A DNA stretch of 64,000 nucleotides from Octopus vulgaris (Eukaryota), in assembly GCA_951406725.2 (NCBI GenBank), contig OX597822.1:31806001-31870000 (forward strand). Reading direction: 5' to 3'. Made by a program: the position numbers and the translations under genes. Positions 15,083 to 28,414 of this stretch are shown piece by piece (position 1 is the first letter of the stretch; each line of letters opens with the position of its first letter). Below the pieces are notes generated by a model. It was not told the origin of the DNA. It saw only the letters and a program-made list of their open reading frames with translations, and searched no databases.

Positions 15083-15390
15083 TTTTCTACTCTTGGCACA
15101 AGGCTCAAAATTTTAGGGTAAGGGGCAAGTCGATTAGATCGACCCGAGTACGCAACTGGTACTTAATTTATGGACTCCGAAAGGATGAAAGGCAAAGTCG
15201 ACCTCAGCAAAATTTGAACTCAGGATATAAGGATAGACGAAATACTGCTAAGCATTTCGCGCGGTGTGCTAACGTTTCTAATTTTTTTACTGCCCACACG
15301 GTGCTACACACAGAGGGGACAAACAAGGACAGACAAACGGATTAAGTCGATTATATCGACCCCAGTGTGTAACTGGTACTTATTTAATCG
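15083..15390 (-). mobile_element. SINE family A, two tandem units with different 3' tails
   Basis: Reverse-complement core and both tail types visible. Confidence 0.85.
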
Positions 15391-15404
15391 GAAGGTATAT
15401 AGTA

Positions 15405-15788
15405 TTGAGGCTGTTGGCAAGAAGTTTGCTTCTCAACCACATGGTCCCGGGTTCAGTCTCACTGCGTGGTACCTTGAGCAAGTGTCTTCTACTACGGCCT
15501 TGAGCCGACTAAAGCCTTGTGGATGGATTTTAGGAGATCGAAAATGAAAATAGCCCATCGTGTGTGTATGTATGTGTGTGTACGTGTGTGTGCGCATGTG
15601 TGTGTCTTTGTGTCTGCATTTGTCCTTACCACCGCTTGACAACCAGTGCTGGTGTGTTTACATCCCCGCAAGGTAGCGGTTCGGCGAAAGAAACCGATAG
15701 AATAAGTACCAGGCTTTAATGGAAAAGGTACTGGGGTTGATTCATTTGACTAAAGTCCTTCAAGGCAGTGCCCCAACATGGCCACAGA
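15405..15788 (+). mobile_element. SINE family B
   Basis: GGTTCAGTCTCACTGCGTGGTACCTTGAGCAAGTGTCTTCTAC ... ACCGATAGAATAAGTACC. Confidence 0.85.
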
Positions 15789-15892
15789 CAAGATAACAGA
15801 CAAATGAGATTTGAACAAATGCCACGAAGTAATTTTGCTCAAACATTTACAATTCTGCTAGCACGACGCCTTCAAAACAACAATAATCATTG

Positions 15893-16323
15893 ATTCAAAA
15901 TTTTGCACAAGGCCAGCTCTGTTAGGGGAAGTGGTTAGTCAAGTACATCGACTTCAGTATCTGATAGATACATAAGGCGGCGAGCTGGCAGAAGCGTTAG
16001 CATGCCGGGCGAAATGTTTAGCGGTTTTTCGTCTGTCGTTACGTTATGAGTTCAAATTCCGCCGAGGTCGACTTTGCCTTTCATCCTTTCGGGATCAATA
16101 TATTAAGTACCAGTTGCATACTGGGGTCGATCTAATCGACTGGCTCCCTCCCCCAAAATTTCGGGCCTTGTGCCTAAAGTAGAAAGGTATTTGACTGGTA
16201 CTCTTATTTTACGTGTCATGAAGGAATGAACGACAAAATCCACTATAGCGAGATTTGAACTCCGAACATAAAGCCTAAAGAAATACAGCTAAGCATTTTT
16301 GTTCGACGCGCCAAAGAGTCTGC
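15893..16323. mobile_element. Young SINE A (+, 15976-16186) nested in an older SINE A (-)
   Basis: Minus-strand copy interrupted at its GTATCTGA/GTATTTGACTGGTAC segment by an intact plus-strand copy. Confidence 0.8.
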
Positions 16324-19294
16324 TTATAGTTTATCTCCAGTTGTGCTGTACTGACTGATGGATAATAATTCTTAGTCATTACGAACAATTTGGAGATGCG
16401 ACCAATATCTATTCCTCGTAACGCAGCTGGACAGGAACTGCGATCGTTAAATATAATGCCAATGTGTTTGGCATTTCTATAATAGACTTGGTCAGTTACA
16501 AATCGACAATAGCGCTAAACTTTATTCTTTATCTGATTGAAATGGTGGAACGACTGAAAATTGAATTTTCTATAATAATCCTCTCTGGAACGGAACTCTT
16601 CACCACCGCCAAATTACGATGCCTGATCTATCTAGTAATCAAATTTTCCAATAAATAATATAACAATATTAGAAAAACAAAACACACACAAGTAAATGTA
16701 CATCATGTTATATAACACACAAAATACCATAAAAAAACAAACAAAAACAAATTACTTAAGGGACAAACAAAATTTGTGATATCTATATGTATATGACTGC
16801 GTGTATAATTGAGTAGGTGTTTAAGTATGTTTGCGTATGCCTGTGTGATTTTTCACTTTTCGATCCATACACATTGTTCCCATGACAACAAATATAATTA
16901 AGCTATGTACAAACATTTGCTCTGCGCCAAAAGCTATTTTTGAAACGTTTTAATTGTTTTGGGTTTTGGACATTTCATGTGACTTATTTTTTGATAGCTT
17001 GCATATATATGTTGTTGTTGTGGTTGTTGTTGTTGTTGTTGTTGTTGTGTTGTTGTTTATTATTATACAGTAGATGAGTATGTATGAACCTGCGTATGTG
17101 TATGGGTAAGTAGTTTGTTTATATATTTTCTCTGTGTTCATGCTTGTAGTTAAAGTGTGTAGTCTGATAACATAATATATTATTGTGTGTGATGCCAGTG
17201 TATATTAAGTTCATACACAATCTATGACGGTTCATTGTTTATGGAGAAAGACTAAAGTTATGGTTGAGATAATAAAATGAAAAAGAATGGAACTAATATC
17301 GAAATTCGTGACAAGTGTAAGTATTATCTTATATTGAAAAGTTCCTGGTAAATTTCTTGTTATAGGATTTGTTAGCATGTCGATAAGTCGACACGAGTTC
17401 AGTACTTTGAATTTGGATTAGAGTGATTTAGGATTAATTAGAACTGACTGTGGGAATAAGAGCACACCAAAAGATCAGAAATCTCAGTAGCCTAGCAGAA
17501 TGAGTTCCGTTTTGGTGAAGAAGCGATTAACTGGAATATCTAGTTAAATTTATGTTAGTTACATACAGCTCTAGGTTTTGTATCGACAAAATACACAATG
17601 CTGTTTTAGTAGTAAGAAACATCTCAATAAGTATAAAGAGTGGCGGTGGAAAACGTATCCTAAGATACAAAGTCCACGACAGACTAACAATAAGTGGGTG
17701 CATTATCACATGATGCAATGTGTTTATAACTTTTAGTTAGTTCGAATTATGCACATTGGCGTAATTTCAAGTAATTAAAATATTTTGGCTCTCTACGCTA
17801 AATATATTAGCGCCTACGTTACTATTAGTTTTCCATGCAGGTGGCATCCCTTGGTGTTCCTCCCTCACCATGCAGTGTTTTATGTTATCACGGCACTCAA
17901 TGTTTGTTTTCTCAAATATTGAAATGTAATACAGTGTGACTAACTGATTCTGATGAGGTCTCATGGCACTGAAACATTTACCATGCTCCCAAAGATCGAA
18001 TTTACTTCCGCAATTCTATATAAATAAAATCTTAATTGGTTCCAATTATGGGATGTTCTCCCTTTGCTTTTCTTAGCCAGAATAAATCATTAAAGCATTG
18101 ATTGTTCTTTCCTGAGCAGAAGTGAAATTTGATTCATTAAAAATTTATGCTCTTACTACATGAATTAAAGCCATATATATTTAGCTCCCGTTTTACTAAA
18201 AAAGCATACTTTTATGCTTCTAAAAGAATTACTTTAAAATCTAAATTATTTTTAATTAACTTAGATTAGACATTTTAAACACATGAATCGAGAATAGAAA
18301 ATTATGAACAAAGCAGCCCACATCCTCTAGATTTTTCGAGCAATTCTTTTAATATTACATTCGTGTTTATAATTTCTAACTTAACTAACTCTAATGCGTA
18401 TAATTGAAAAGCTTAACCGTATTCCTTTAACATACGCTAGTAACAGTAATATACAGTAGATCCTTTAAATATTATAACACTATTTTTGTTTCGAATGTGA
18501 AACCTTATATTTAATCGTGAATAGAAAATAAAACGTGAAATTATCTTTATGAATTAACCAATATTGTTAAACATATTAACGTTTGCTAGACATCCGAAAC
18601 GTAATAAAACTTTAAATTAAAAAAATATTTTTTGTGTGCTTCAAAATTAAATTTTTGAATGTTTTTCTTTGCAGGGAGGAAATAATAATATTCAGGGGAG
18701 GTAATAATGCTATATAATTCTTACTGTTGCATAAAGATTTGAATTTTACTACATTGAATTATGCTTGTATTATATTTAAAATTTTTTAATATTTTATCGA
18801 GTTTGCAATTTTCCACATTAGTTGAAATAAATTTGTCAGAGTGCTTTCTTTTCTAAAACATCACACATTAAAAAAAAAAAAGTGTTAATCACAAAAATAT
18901 AGTTACAATTGAAAGAAGAAAAATAATGTTTAATTCTTTACAGATATTTGTCTGACTTTATTTTACTGCAATCTTTTACAGAGGCTTTAAGTAATTTTCA
19001 ATATAAAATGTAATTATCATTTATACTATGCTTCCACAGGCCTTGATATTTCTCTTCAATATAATGTTTCAGTGAGATTGTTCACCTTCTTCGCTGCACT
19101 TGACACACTTCTCTGTAAAATAGTCAAGATGAGAATGTAGAAAGCGAAACTTCACACTGAAACTTGCATCCAAGTCGATGAAAGATATGAATCATGGTTT
19201 AAACCAATTGCTTGTTATCTGAGAATTTTAAATTTCCAATTTTTCGAACTAGAGATTTAAGAATTAAGTGACATTCAAACTTTTAACACTGGTT

Positions 19295-19392
<98 letters not shown>

Positions 19393-19554
19393 TGTGTGCG
19401 TGTGGTTTCTCGTAATCCGAGAAACACAGTTCTGAAATTTCTTATTGAAAAACCCGTAGATATGACTTGTTTATAGTGATCAAATGTTTGTCGCTCACTC
19501 ACGTTGCTTGAACAGATTCACATGGTACCACCCGTCGGTTGTCGAGGGGATTAG

Positions 19555-19674
19555 AGAGCAACACGAGATGAAATATTTTGCTCAAGAACACAACGTACTA
19601 GCCGGTTCAGGAAATGAAACTGCGACCTCGCGAGCGCGAGTGTAACACCCTTAATATTATGCTATGCGCCTCCA
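19555..19674 (-). mobile_element. SINE family C, degenerate
   Basis: TTTGCTCAAGAACACAAC ... GCTATGCGCCTCCA. Confidence 0.6.
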
Positions 19675-19952
19675 TGAGTCAGACTTACTCTTGCCTTAAT
19701 TAGCTTCCATCGCATGTTTTATTTTTTTCATATTTCGTTCAAGGATATCAGTTTTTAATTTTGTTAAAACCGATAAGAGACCAAAGCATTTGAATGCTCT
19801 CCCCAATTATCGAGGAATTTTACAAATATTTTTCATTCATCCTATATTTATATTACCTCCAAGTGAAACTGTAATGCTTGTAATTGCATCCAAGGAAGAA
19901 AATCTTTTATAGTGGGAGAATTATTCAATATATATCGTCACGTAATAGTCAT

Positions 19953-20260
19953 ATTGTTATTTGTTCCTTCTCGAGCCATGCCTGGCTCATAAGGGCCGGT
20001 TTCCCGGTTTCATTGGCGTATAGGCTCCCCAGCTGGACGAGACGCCGGTCTGTCGCAGATGAGCTGCTAGATGCAGGAGAAAAGTGTGAGTGAATGTTGT
20101 GGCGAAAGAGTCAGCAGAAGTTTGCCATTACCTTCTGCCGGAGCCGCGTGGAGTTTGGGTGCTTCGCTCTTAAATACACACATCGACCGGTCTGAGATTC
20201 AAGCTGCGATATACCGATCGCGAGGTCCGCTGCTCTAACCACTAGGCCATGTGCCTCCAC
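19953..20260 (-). mobile_element. tRNA-derived SINE family D with TSD
   Basis: Head GTGGAGGCACATGGCCTAGTGGTTAGAGCAGCGG; 9-bp TSD AATAGTCAT (19944-19952 / 20261-20269); related fragment at 53063-53255. Confidence 0.8.
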
Positions 20261-20815
20261 AATAGTCATGCTAAAAAATGCTATAGAGTTTTAAAATTTT
20301 GTTCATTTTTAATCCCATCTGTAAATCAGCTGCACTTAAAATTATCTAAAGTTTCACATGGAATTTCACATCCATGCTATCACTTGTTTTTGTCAGCAGC
20401 ATAGAATATCATGTAGAAATACAAGGCATTAAAGCGCATTTATAGAATAAGAGTATCCTTCGTAGTATCACAATAATCTCTGCTCATATACACTGTAAAA
20501 ACTTGTGTTTAAAGTAAGTCGTAAATGTTTCTAACACGTCTAATTTTAACAAATATTTTAAAGGTGAAGTGTGAAAAATAAATATAAGAATATCCTCCGG
20601 GGTTTTTTTTAATTTCAAAAGTAGACGCACTCCTACAAAGCTAGAGTATTTTCATAAACATCACAGAATGTTATACACTGTTGAAGATAATATATATACA
20701 TTCATATAGAAAAACAGATCATTTGAAAGCTTATGTAATTGTATGTGCGAAATATTTTGTATTTTTAACAGCATTTGGGGAAAAATTTTCATTGGTCCAA
20801 CTTTTAAATAAAGGC

Positions 20816-20880
<65 letters not shown>

Positions 20881-20884
<4 letters not shown>

Positions 20885-21091
20885 TTTTACTTGTTTCAGT
20901 CATTTGAATGCAGCCATATTGGAGCACCGCCTTAAAGGGTTTTATTCGAAGAAATCGCCCCCCAGGACTTATTCTTTGTAAGCCTAGTATTAATGCTACC
21001 GGTCTTTTTTGTCGAACCGTTAAGTTATGGGTACTCAAACTCTCCAACATCGCTTTGAAGTGATAGTAGGAGGACAAACACAGACACAAAG

Positions 21092-21185
<94 letters not shown>

Positions 21186-21200
21186 TATAACAGGCTTCTT
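20881..21200 (-). mobile_element. SINE family B, 5'-truncated
   Basis: CTTTTACTTGTTTCAGTCATTTG ... GGACTTATTCTTTGTAAGCCTAGT with internal CA/TA tract. Confidence 0.8.
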
Positions 21201-21627
21201 TCGTGTTTCGTGAGTGAAGCTTGTTACACGGCTACTGTTTAGAAGCCACCTAACTGGAACTTTATCTCTCATTTGGAAGTCCAGACCTGTCACATAGTTC
21301 GTGTTACATGTATCTGTGGAATATTCGGCCACTTCGCAACATAATTCAATCGGTGAATTGTCAGAGTCGTTAAAGCATTGAACAAAAATGTCTTACATAT
21401 TTATTTCGGTACTGTACGTCCTAGGCTAAAATTTAGCTTAAATTATCTTCATCTCCCATCATACAGAGGTTCAGAAATGAAAATACTCGTCCAGTCTTGC
21501 TGACGATACAGCCCGCAATTCCTCTCACTCCACATAAATTTCTGGCCCTTGTATGTAGCAGAAAGCAATTATTATGAGTTGGCAGTAAGAGCAATCGATA
21601 TTAGAAGGGTTAGATATCTTAGGAAAC

Positions 21628-21661
<34 letters not shown>

Positions 21662-22425
21662 ACTCACTCTTCCTTTCTAACTCCCAAAACAACTGTAGGT
21701 GTCCACAGCAACAGTTCCCAGTCAAAATTTCCCACGTAAGAGCATTTATTTATTCCTTACCTGGTTGTTTTTGTCTTGTATATTTATTTTTGTTTTTATT
21801 TATATATTTTAAATATTCACTTAAAAGAAAAATTAACTTGAAAATATTTACATGAATATATAAATGGAATTGTACAATAAATAGAGTCTTCTCCTTCAGG
21901 ATTTGAATTAAATTATGTATATGTATTTATATACATACATATGCATCCATGCATATATATATGTGTGTGTGTAAGCGTGTTTATATGCATATATATGTGT
22001 ATATATATATTTATATCCATATACGTATAAGTGTATACACATGCATATAAATTGAAGTGAGCGAGAGAAAGAGAGAGAATTTCATCATTAGGAGCCGCAA
22101 GCTAAGAAAAGCAAACAAAATAATGTATTGAAAAGTGAACAATAAACAATTTTTAATAAAGAATTAATTGTGATAAAAGTACAATCAGTTTTGCATCCGG
22201 ATGGAGTTGAAGCACCCATTAATTGAAAGCGTGAATAGATTTCTATGCACAGACTTTCATGTGAGGCAATAAAAACGAAGAATGGAGAATGGGGCGTGGT
22301 AGTGGTTAGTGCAATATAATCAAAGATATGGGAGTGATTATATAAATTTAGGAAACACTTATACGCTATTAGTATTGTGTAAAAATTTCCACGTTGTGAT
22401 GTACGTAATCTTTTCGATTATAGTC

Positions 22426-24337
22426 TCAAGGCCTGAAATTTTGAGGGAGTGTGTACGTCGATTGCATCGACCTTAGTGGTCTACTGGTACTTATTTCATC
22501 GATCACGAGAGGATGGAAGGCAAGGTCAATTTCAGTCGAGTTTGAACTTAGAAGGTAACGATGACCGAAATGCTGCTAGGCAGTTATTCCGGTGTGCTAA
22601 CGAAACTGTTTGCACTCCGTCTTTAAATCATGGCACGAAGAACCGAAAGAACTGCCGCTAACATCACCTCCTTAAAAAAAGGCCGTTGTACTTTGGGCAC
22701 AAAGCCTGGTATTTTGGGAGGAGGTGACCAATCAATTACGTTGAGCCCAGCACTTGACTGGTATTTATTTTGTTGACCCTGAAGGGAGGGAAAGCAATGT
22801 CGTCCTCAGTGGAATTTGAACTCAGAACGCAAAGCCGGAAGAAATGCTTATTTCATTACTACCCACAAGGGGCTAAACAGAGAGGACAAACAAGGAGAGA
22901 CAAACGGATTAAGTCGATTATATCGACCCCAGTGCGTAACTGGTACTTATTTCATCGACCCTGAAAGGATAAAGGGCAAAGTCGACCTCGCCGGAATTTG
23001 AACTCAGAACGTAACTGCAGATGAAATACCGCTAAGCATTTTGCCCGGAGTGCTAGCGATTCTGTCAGCTTTTAAAAACGGTTTCAAAGTTTGGCACAAG
23101 GCCAGCACGTTCGGGAGAGGCGGTATGTCGATTACATCGTCCCCGATCTTCAACTGGTACTTATTTTATCGATTCCGAAAAGATGAAAGGCAAAGCCGAT
23201 CCCAGCGGAATTTGAACTCAGAACGTGACGACGGATGAAATTCAGCAAGGTGACAATTATGATAATCATATGTATTGAACATATTAGACTATATTTGTTC
23301 GGATGGCTTGGTATATTATGCAAGTTGATTCGAAAATAACGCATAGGTAATTAGAAGTAATTAGAAGTATAAGATGGCTAAAAATAATCGCTTTTTTTAT
23401 ATAAAAAAGCCAGTAAATAAAATACTGAGTAATTAGGAACTGAATATGAATAACATTAATCAATAATGAAATTTAATATTTGCTATTGTAAAAAAGCAAA
23501 GTTTCAAAAATAGAGATGAACAAGTGTTAATGTGTGTTGAGGTTGTAAACAGATACGCGTACGAACAAGTAAATATTCTTGTTTAATAGGTCCATGTATT
23601 AATTTTGTAATTTAATATTTCTTTCTATCATAGGCACAGGCCAGAAAATTTGGGGGAGGAGAGAGGAGTCGATTATATCGACCCCAGTGCTCAACTAGTA
23701 TTTTTATTTTATCGAATCGGAAAGAAAGAGAAACACAGTCGGACTGGGCGAAATTTGAACTCAGAACATGAAAACGGACGATGCGCCACGAAGCATTTTG
23801 TTCAACGTGCCAGCTCATTTATCTATTCTGCCAGCTCACCGTTTCAAAACTGATGAATGATAAGGGCTTCACATTTGGCACAAGCTCAACAAATCCGAAA
23901 ATGTAGATAATAGATTACATTGACCCCAGTGCTCAGCTGGTACTTATTTTATTGACCCCGATAAAATAAGTATCAGCGAAATAAGAAAGGCAAAGTCAAC
24001 CCCGGTAGGATTTGAACCCAGAACGTATAGATGGACGAAATGTCGCTAAGCATTCTGTCCGGCGGGCTAACGATACTGCAAGTTCGTTGCCATATATCAT
24101 ATATATTGGTTTCAAATCTTAGTACAAGGCCAGATATTTCGGAGGAGGCGGATTAATCGATTACATCGATATCATTGCTCAACTGGTACTTATTTCATCG
24201 ACCCCCAAAACGATGAAAGTCAAAATCGACCTCAGCAGAATTTGAACTCAGAACGTAAAGAAATGTGTGCTAACCATTCTGCCAGCGTACCGCTCTTTGG
24301 TAAGTTAATATTGATTTCAGATTTTGGTACAAGGCCA
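22426..24337 (-). mobile_element. Cluster of ~8 same-orientation SINE A copies
   Basis: Repeated GGCACAAGGCC..GTCGATTACATCGAC..CTGGTACTTATTT..GGAATTTGAACTCAGAACG units near 22426, 22692, 22849, 23081, 23620, 23867, 24108, 24313. Confidence 0.88.
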
Positions 24338-24696
24338 AATATTGGTATGTTAATATTGAAAAAAGATATATGAAGGATGTGATGTGAGAGAAATATATCT
24401 TAGCCAGTTAGAGTTTGCAATAATATAATGGATTGTCAGTTATGCGGTTATTTATTGCAAGATAATGTGTAGAACATACGTAAGGAAGTACATATTGTTC
24501 AGTTAATAGATATGAGAAATTCTGGAAGCTGACGTTTACTCTCTGTCTGTCTGTCTCTCTTTCTCTGTCTCTCTCTCTCTCTCTCTCTCTTGCCCTCTCT
24601 CTCCCTCTCTTTTTCGCTCTTTCTCTCACTGAAAATAGCATTTATACAACAATCGTATATACACGCGAGTGTTTGTATGTATATGTGTGTGGAGAG

Positions 24697-24935
24697 TGAG
24701 GCGCGTGTGTGAATGGTTAGGACGTTGCACTCATGATCGTTAGATAGTGGTATCGATTCCTGAACCGGGCGATGCGGTGTGTTCTTTGGGCAAGACAATT
24801 CATTTCATTTTTCTCCAGTCTATTCAGTTGGCAAACATGAGTAACCCTACGACGAACCGTCGTTCTGTCCAGGAAAAAGGAGTAAAATATAAGCTACAGA
24901 ATCCGAGAAACTTGTCTTGTGATCTTATGTTTCGG
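24697..24935 (+). mobile_element. SINE family C
   Basis: GAGGCGCGTG..GAATGGTTAGG..ATCGATTCCTGAACCGGGCGATGCGGTGTGTTCTTTGGGCAAGAC. Confidence 0.7.
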
Positions 24936-25006
24936 GAAGGACCTTCGATATTTCTGGTGTATGTATTTATGTGTGTATGTATGTATATTTATATATGATA
25001 CATATA

Positions 25007-25222
25007 CGGGGTGGGGTTGAGAAGCTCCTGGCTTTCAAGGGTGTTGCGTTAGGCAAGATAGGTGGCTAAACCTTCCGAGTTTTTTTACAGGGCTTAGAAA
25101 AACTGAAAGACCACCGCAGTGAGTGAGTGAATCTGACAGGGGAATATGTTGAATAAAATCATAATTAAGTGATCTGCTTCTATTTATCAACCCAATGCCA
25201 AGACCTTTTCAGCACACCCTCG
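25007..25222 (+). mobile_element. Tc1/mariner-derived MITE
   Basis: TA TSDs, ~28-bp imperfect TIRs, residual mariner C-terminus GLEKLKD..VNLTGEYVE*. Confidence 0.8.
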
Positions 25223-25819
25223 TATGTTTTTGTATGTGTGTGTGTAAAGAATATTTCAGTGAAATGTCTTTAAAGAAGGCATAAGTTGTGGCACTCGGCT
25301 CTAGATGTAAAATTACTTATGGCCAGAAACAAATTTTGACATTCATATGTTAATAAATATCAAGCTTTGTACTAAACTGTTGGTTTACGTGACAATTAAA
25401 TAAATTGAATTTTTACGACTGGTTATTATTACAGCTATGGCTAAGGGAAGCATAATATATACATGTGTACGTGCATGAGTGTGTGTGTGTGTGGGTTTAA
25501 GTGCAGACGTGCCAGTGCGTTTCAGTTGATTGCTCTCAAAGCCTGATATTTTATTGACTACTGATTTAATCGTGACGGGCAAAATCCGCAGAGTCACTAA
25601 CATCTATTTTTCTTTGTAATTTATTTTCTTGTCCTTGAAATATCTTCTGTAAAAATAAAAAGCAAATAATAATGCGCTTTCGTTCTGGCACAATTATATA
25701 GTTTATGGCAGTTTTTAAAGGCATATTCTGGTATCAAATCGCCTGTTTTACGCGAGGAAGCGTGAGAAATGTTTCGATTGGTATTAATATTACTGTTATT
25801 ATTTTTACATCAATGCATT

Positions 25820-26031
25820 GGCAGAGAGCTGGCAGAATCGTTGCCGTGCCGGGAAAAATACTTTGCGGCATTTCATCCGTTTTAACGTTCTGAGTTTAAA
25901 TTCTGACGCGGTCGACTTTGCCTTTGATCTTTTCGGGGTTGATAAAATAAGTACCAGCTGAGCCCTGAGGTTGATGCAATCGACTAGACCCCTCCTCCAA
26001 AGTTGATGGCCTTGTGCCAAAATTTGAAATC
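25820..26031 (+). mobile_element. SINE family A
   Basis: Head, core and GGCCTTGTGCC tail. Confidence 0.85.
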
Positions 26032-27225
26032 ATTATTTCATCAATGTTAGTGTTATCACAAAGAAGTGGATGTTACGCTTTTAAATCCCACAGTGACTTC
26101 ATTTCGTCCTTCCGTGTTCAATAATTTAATTTCCATTTAAAGACTTAGATCAATTGATTCGATAATATCTCCTCTCCTTATCAACAAAAATTTATGGGAT
26201 CTACATATGTCGCAAATCGATAATTACATTAGTAATTTTAGATCACAGATATAAAAGTTTTGGGATTTGATTTTGCCACATTATAGACGTTGTATTATTT
26301 TTTTTTAGTTCCCACCTGTCATTCTGGTTTTTTTTTTTTCTTTCTTCAGTGTTGATATGACACATAATGACACAGGTATTCTTTATTGTGGAAATACAAC
26401 TACATAAAACATATTACTAATACTAGGTTTCAGTGTCTAGCTACTCAATTAAAAGACACCTCCGCATTTGATTCTGTAATTTAAATGGTACGAACAGTTT
26501 AGAATTACAGAAAAATAACCCCAGCACAAACGGAAACTGCTTCAATTTCACTTTACTTCAGCGAGTGATTACGCTTCCAATACATCACCAATGCCCGTGA
26601 TGAAGGCATGAACGTCACAATTCTAACTGCCTGTCTTCCTTGAAGTCAATAAGTCCAGTTTAGAATACAGCATCTCTGAATATATCTATTGATTACCATT
26701 GATTACAAAGCTTCATCTGATTCGTTCTATTCATCGTACTCGCGTGTGATAAATAAAATATTGATTTATTGATTGCAAAAGCGATGGTAAGCTTGTGCGT
26801 CTTACTGTTGCTCTGAATGTTATTTGATGTTTAATGAATTCACTATTACCACAAACATTGTGTTGGGCGCCATACAACAAATGGTGAGATGGCGGGAAGG
26901 AGAAACCTTGACATTTTTTTTTTAATCGCCGATTCAAAGTCATTTTACATTACATTTATAATTTAATGGCTTAGTCAGAGAATCGAGGGCAGCTTTAATA
27001 ACCCTTTCAAGATTTTGTGATTAGGTGAAGAAAGTTATCTTCAGGCCGGAGACTTGGTCAGAATGCTTGCAACAGAGTGGAAAACTACTAGACCAGTGGT
27101 ACGTTAAACCTTTTGTACAATGTTGAGGGATTTTACAATGAAATAGATATTCTGTTTTAAATCTAGAAAAGTATGCAAACATTGAACGTATCAAAAACGA
27201 AACCAATATTTTTACACGAACTGAG

Positions 27226-27438
27226 ACGGAGAGCTGGTAAGATCGTCAGCACGCTAAGCAGAAAGTTTAGCGGTATTTCGTCCATCGATACATTCTGAAT
27301 TCAAATTCCGTCGGGAATGACTTTGCTTTAATCCCTTCAGGGTCGATAAAATAAGTATCAGTTGAGTAGTGGGGTTAATGTACTCAACTTACTCTCTCCC
27401 ATGAAATTGCTGGCCTTCTGCCAAAAATTGGAAACCAC
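27226..27438 (+). mobile_element. SINE family A
   Basis: Head, core and GGCCTTCTGCC tail. Confidence 0.82.
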
Positions 27439-28124
27439 TATTTTTACACCAATATAGCTTTTAGTTAGTATTAGTTACGCTAGAGACTACTTTTACTATT
27501 CCACACAGATTTTTAAACCAACGCATGCGCAGCACTTCTTTCCTAAGATTGCACATTACTCTTCTTAAATTTAAGGAATTTGTATTTTCTGTAAGTTAAT
27601 AAACACTGATCTCGATTGAATGAATGAACACCTCATTCATAATACTTTACTCACATTCTAATAAAATATCAAACAGTGAGTCTCTGATGCAAAGTATGAA
27701 GTCTATATATATTTTATGAGTATGTCTATAACTATTCAAGGCTTCACTGCATCATTTCAAGACTTGCTTTAACATATTTATGCCCAAACCAAGTTAAATC
27801 TTGCTTTGGTAGATTAATTATAGTTATGTTGATACTATTTTGGACACTGGTATTGATTAGTAATTATTTTATCAACATTGATCAAACAGACCAACGTTCA
27901 AGAATATTCCAGTCTTGACCATTGTATCTTTTCTCAAACTTAATATATCCAAGGCTGGAACATTTAAAGTATCATCTATTTTATAGCTTTTCTTTTTTTA
28001 AACAGCAAAGTGCTGCCTTTTGATTTGGCTGCTATTTCTAGTAGGTCGAGCGATGAAATAGAAGCTCCTTCGTTAATTCTCGTGGTGGGTTGTGTAAGCT
28101 AAAATACAACGTTTCAATATTAAT

Positions 28125-28283
28125 TATTTACATTATTTATATTAGACGGATATTTGTCCTCATCTTGTTTGTCGTTAACACAACATTTCGGCTGATATAC
28201 CTTCCAGCCTTCTTCAGGTGTCTTGGGGAAATTTCGAACCTGGGTTCTCATTCCTAAGGTATTTTTCGATGTTATTATTGTCG

Positions 28284-28315
<32 letters not shown>

Positions 28316-28388
28316 GTTCAGGTTACTGCTAGGAGTCGAACTCGGAATGTTGAGGTGAATAGCCCGCGCTCTTAACCACTACGCCATA
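28125..28388 (-). mobile_element. tRNA-headed SINE carrying a hammerhead motif
   Basis: A box TGGCGTAGTGG, B box GAGTTCGACTCC, triplet linker, HHR at 28177-28222, AAATAAT tail; TSD TTCAATATTAAT (28113-28124 / 28392-28403). Confidence 0.78.
28177..28222 (-). ncRNA. Minimal type I hammerhead ribozyme motif
   Basis: GACAC-CTGAAGA-A-GGCTG..CAGCC-GAAA-TG-TT-GTGTT. Confidence 0.68.
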
Positions 28389-28414
28389 ACATTCAATATT
28401 AATGTTATTCCTTT

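Noticed and set aside
17954-17985. CTGATGA..GAAAC hammerhead-like string
   Set aside because: Only a 3-bp stem II and no convincing stem I
22426-24337. Repeat-spacer-like array resembling CRISPR
   Set aside because: Units are ~200-bp diverged SINE copies with irregular spacing; eukaryotic context, no cas genes
28315-28388. Possible tRNA gene
   Set aside because: A and B boxes are present but acceptor and anticodon stems are poor, and it is fused to a TSD-flanked element; treated as a SINE head
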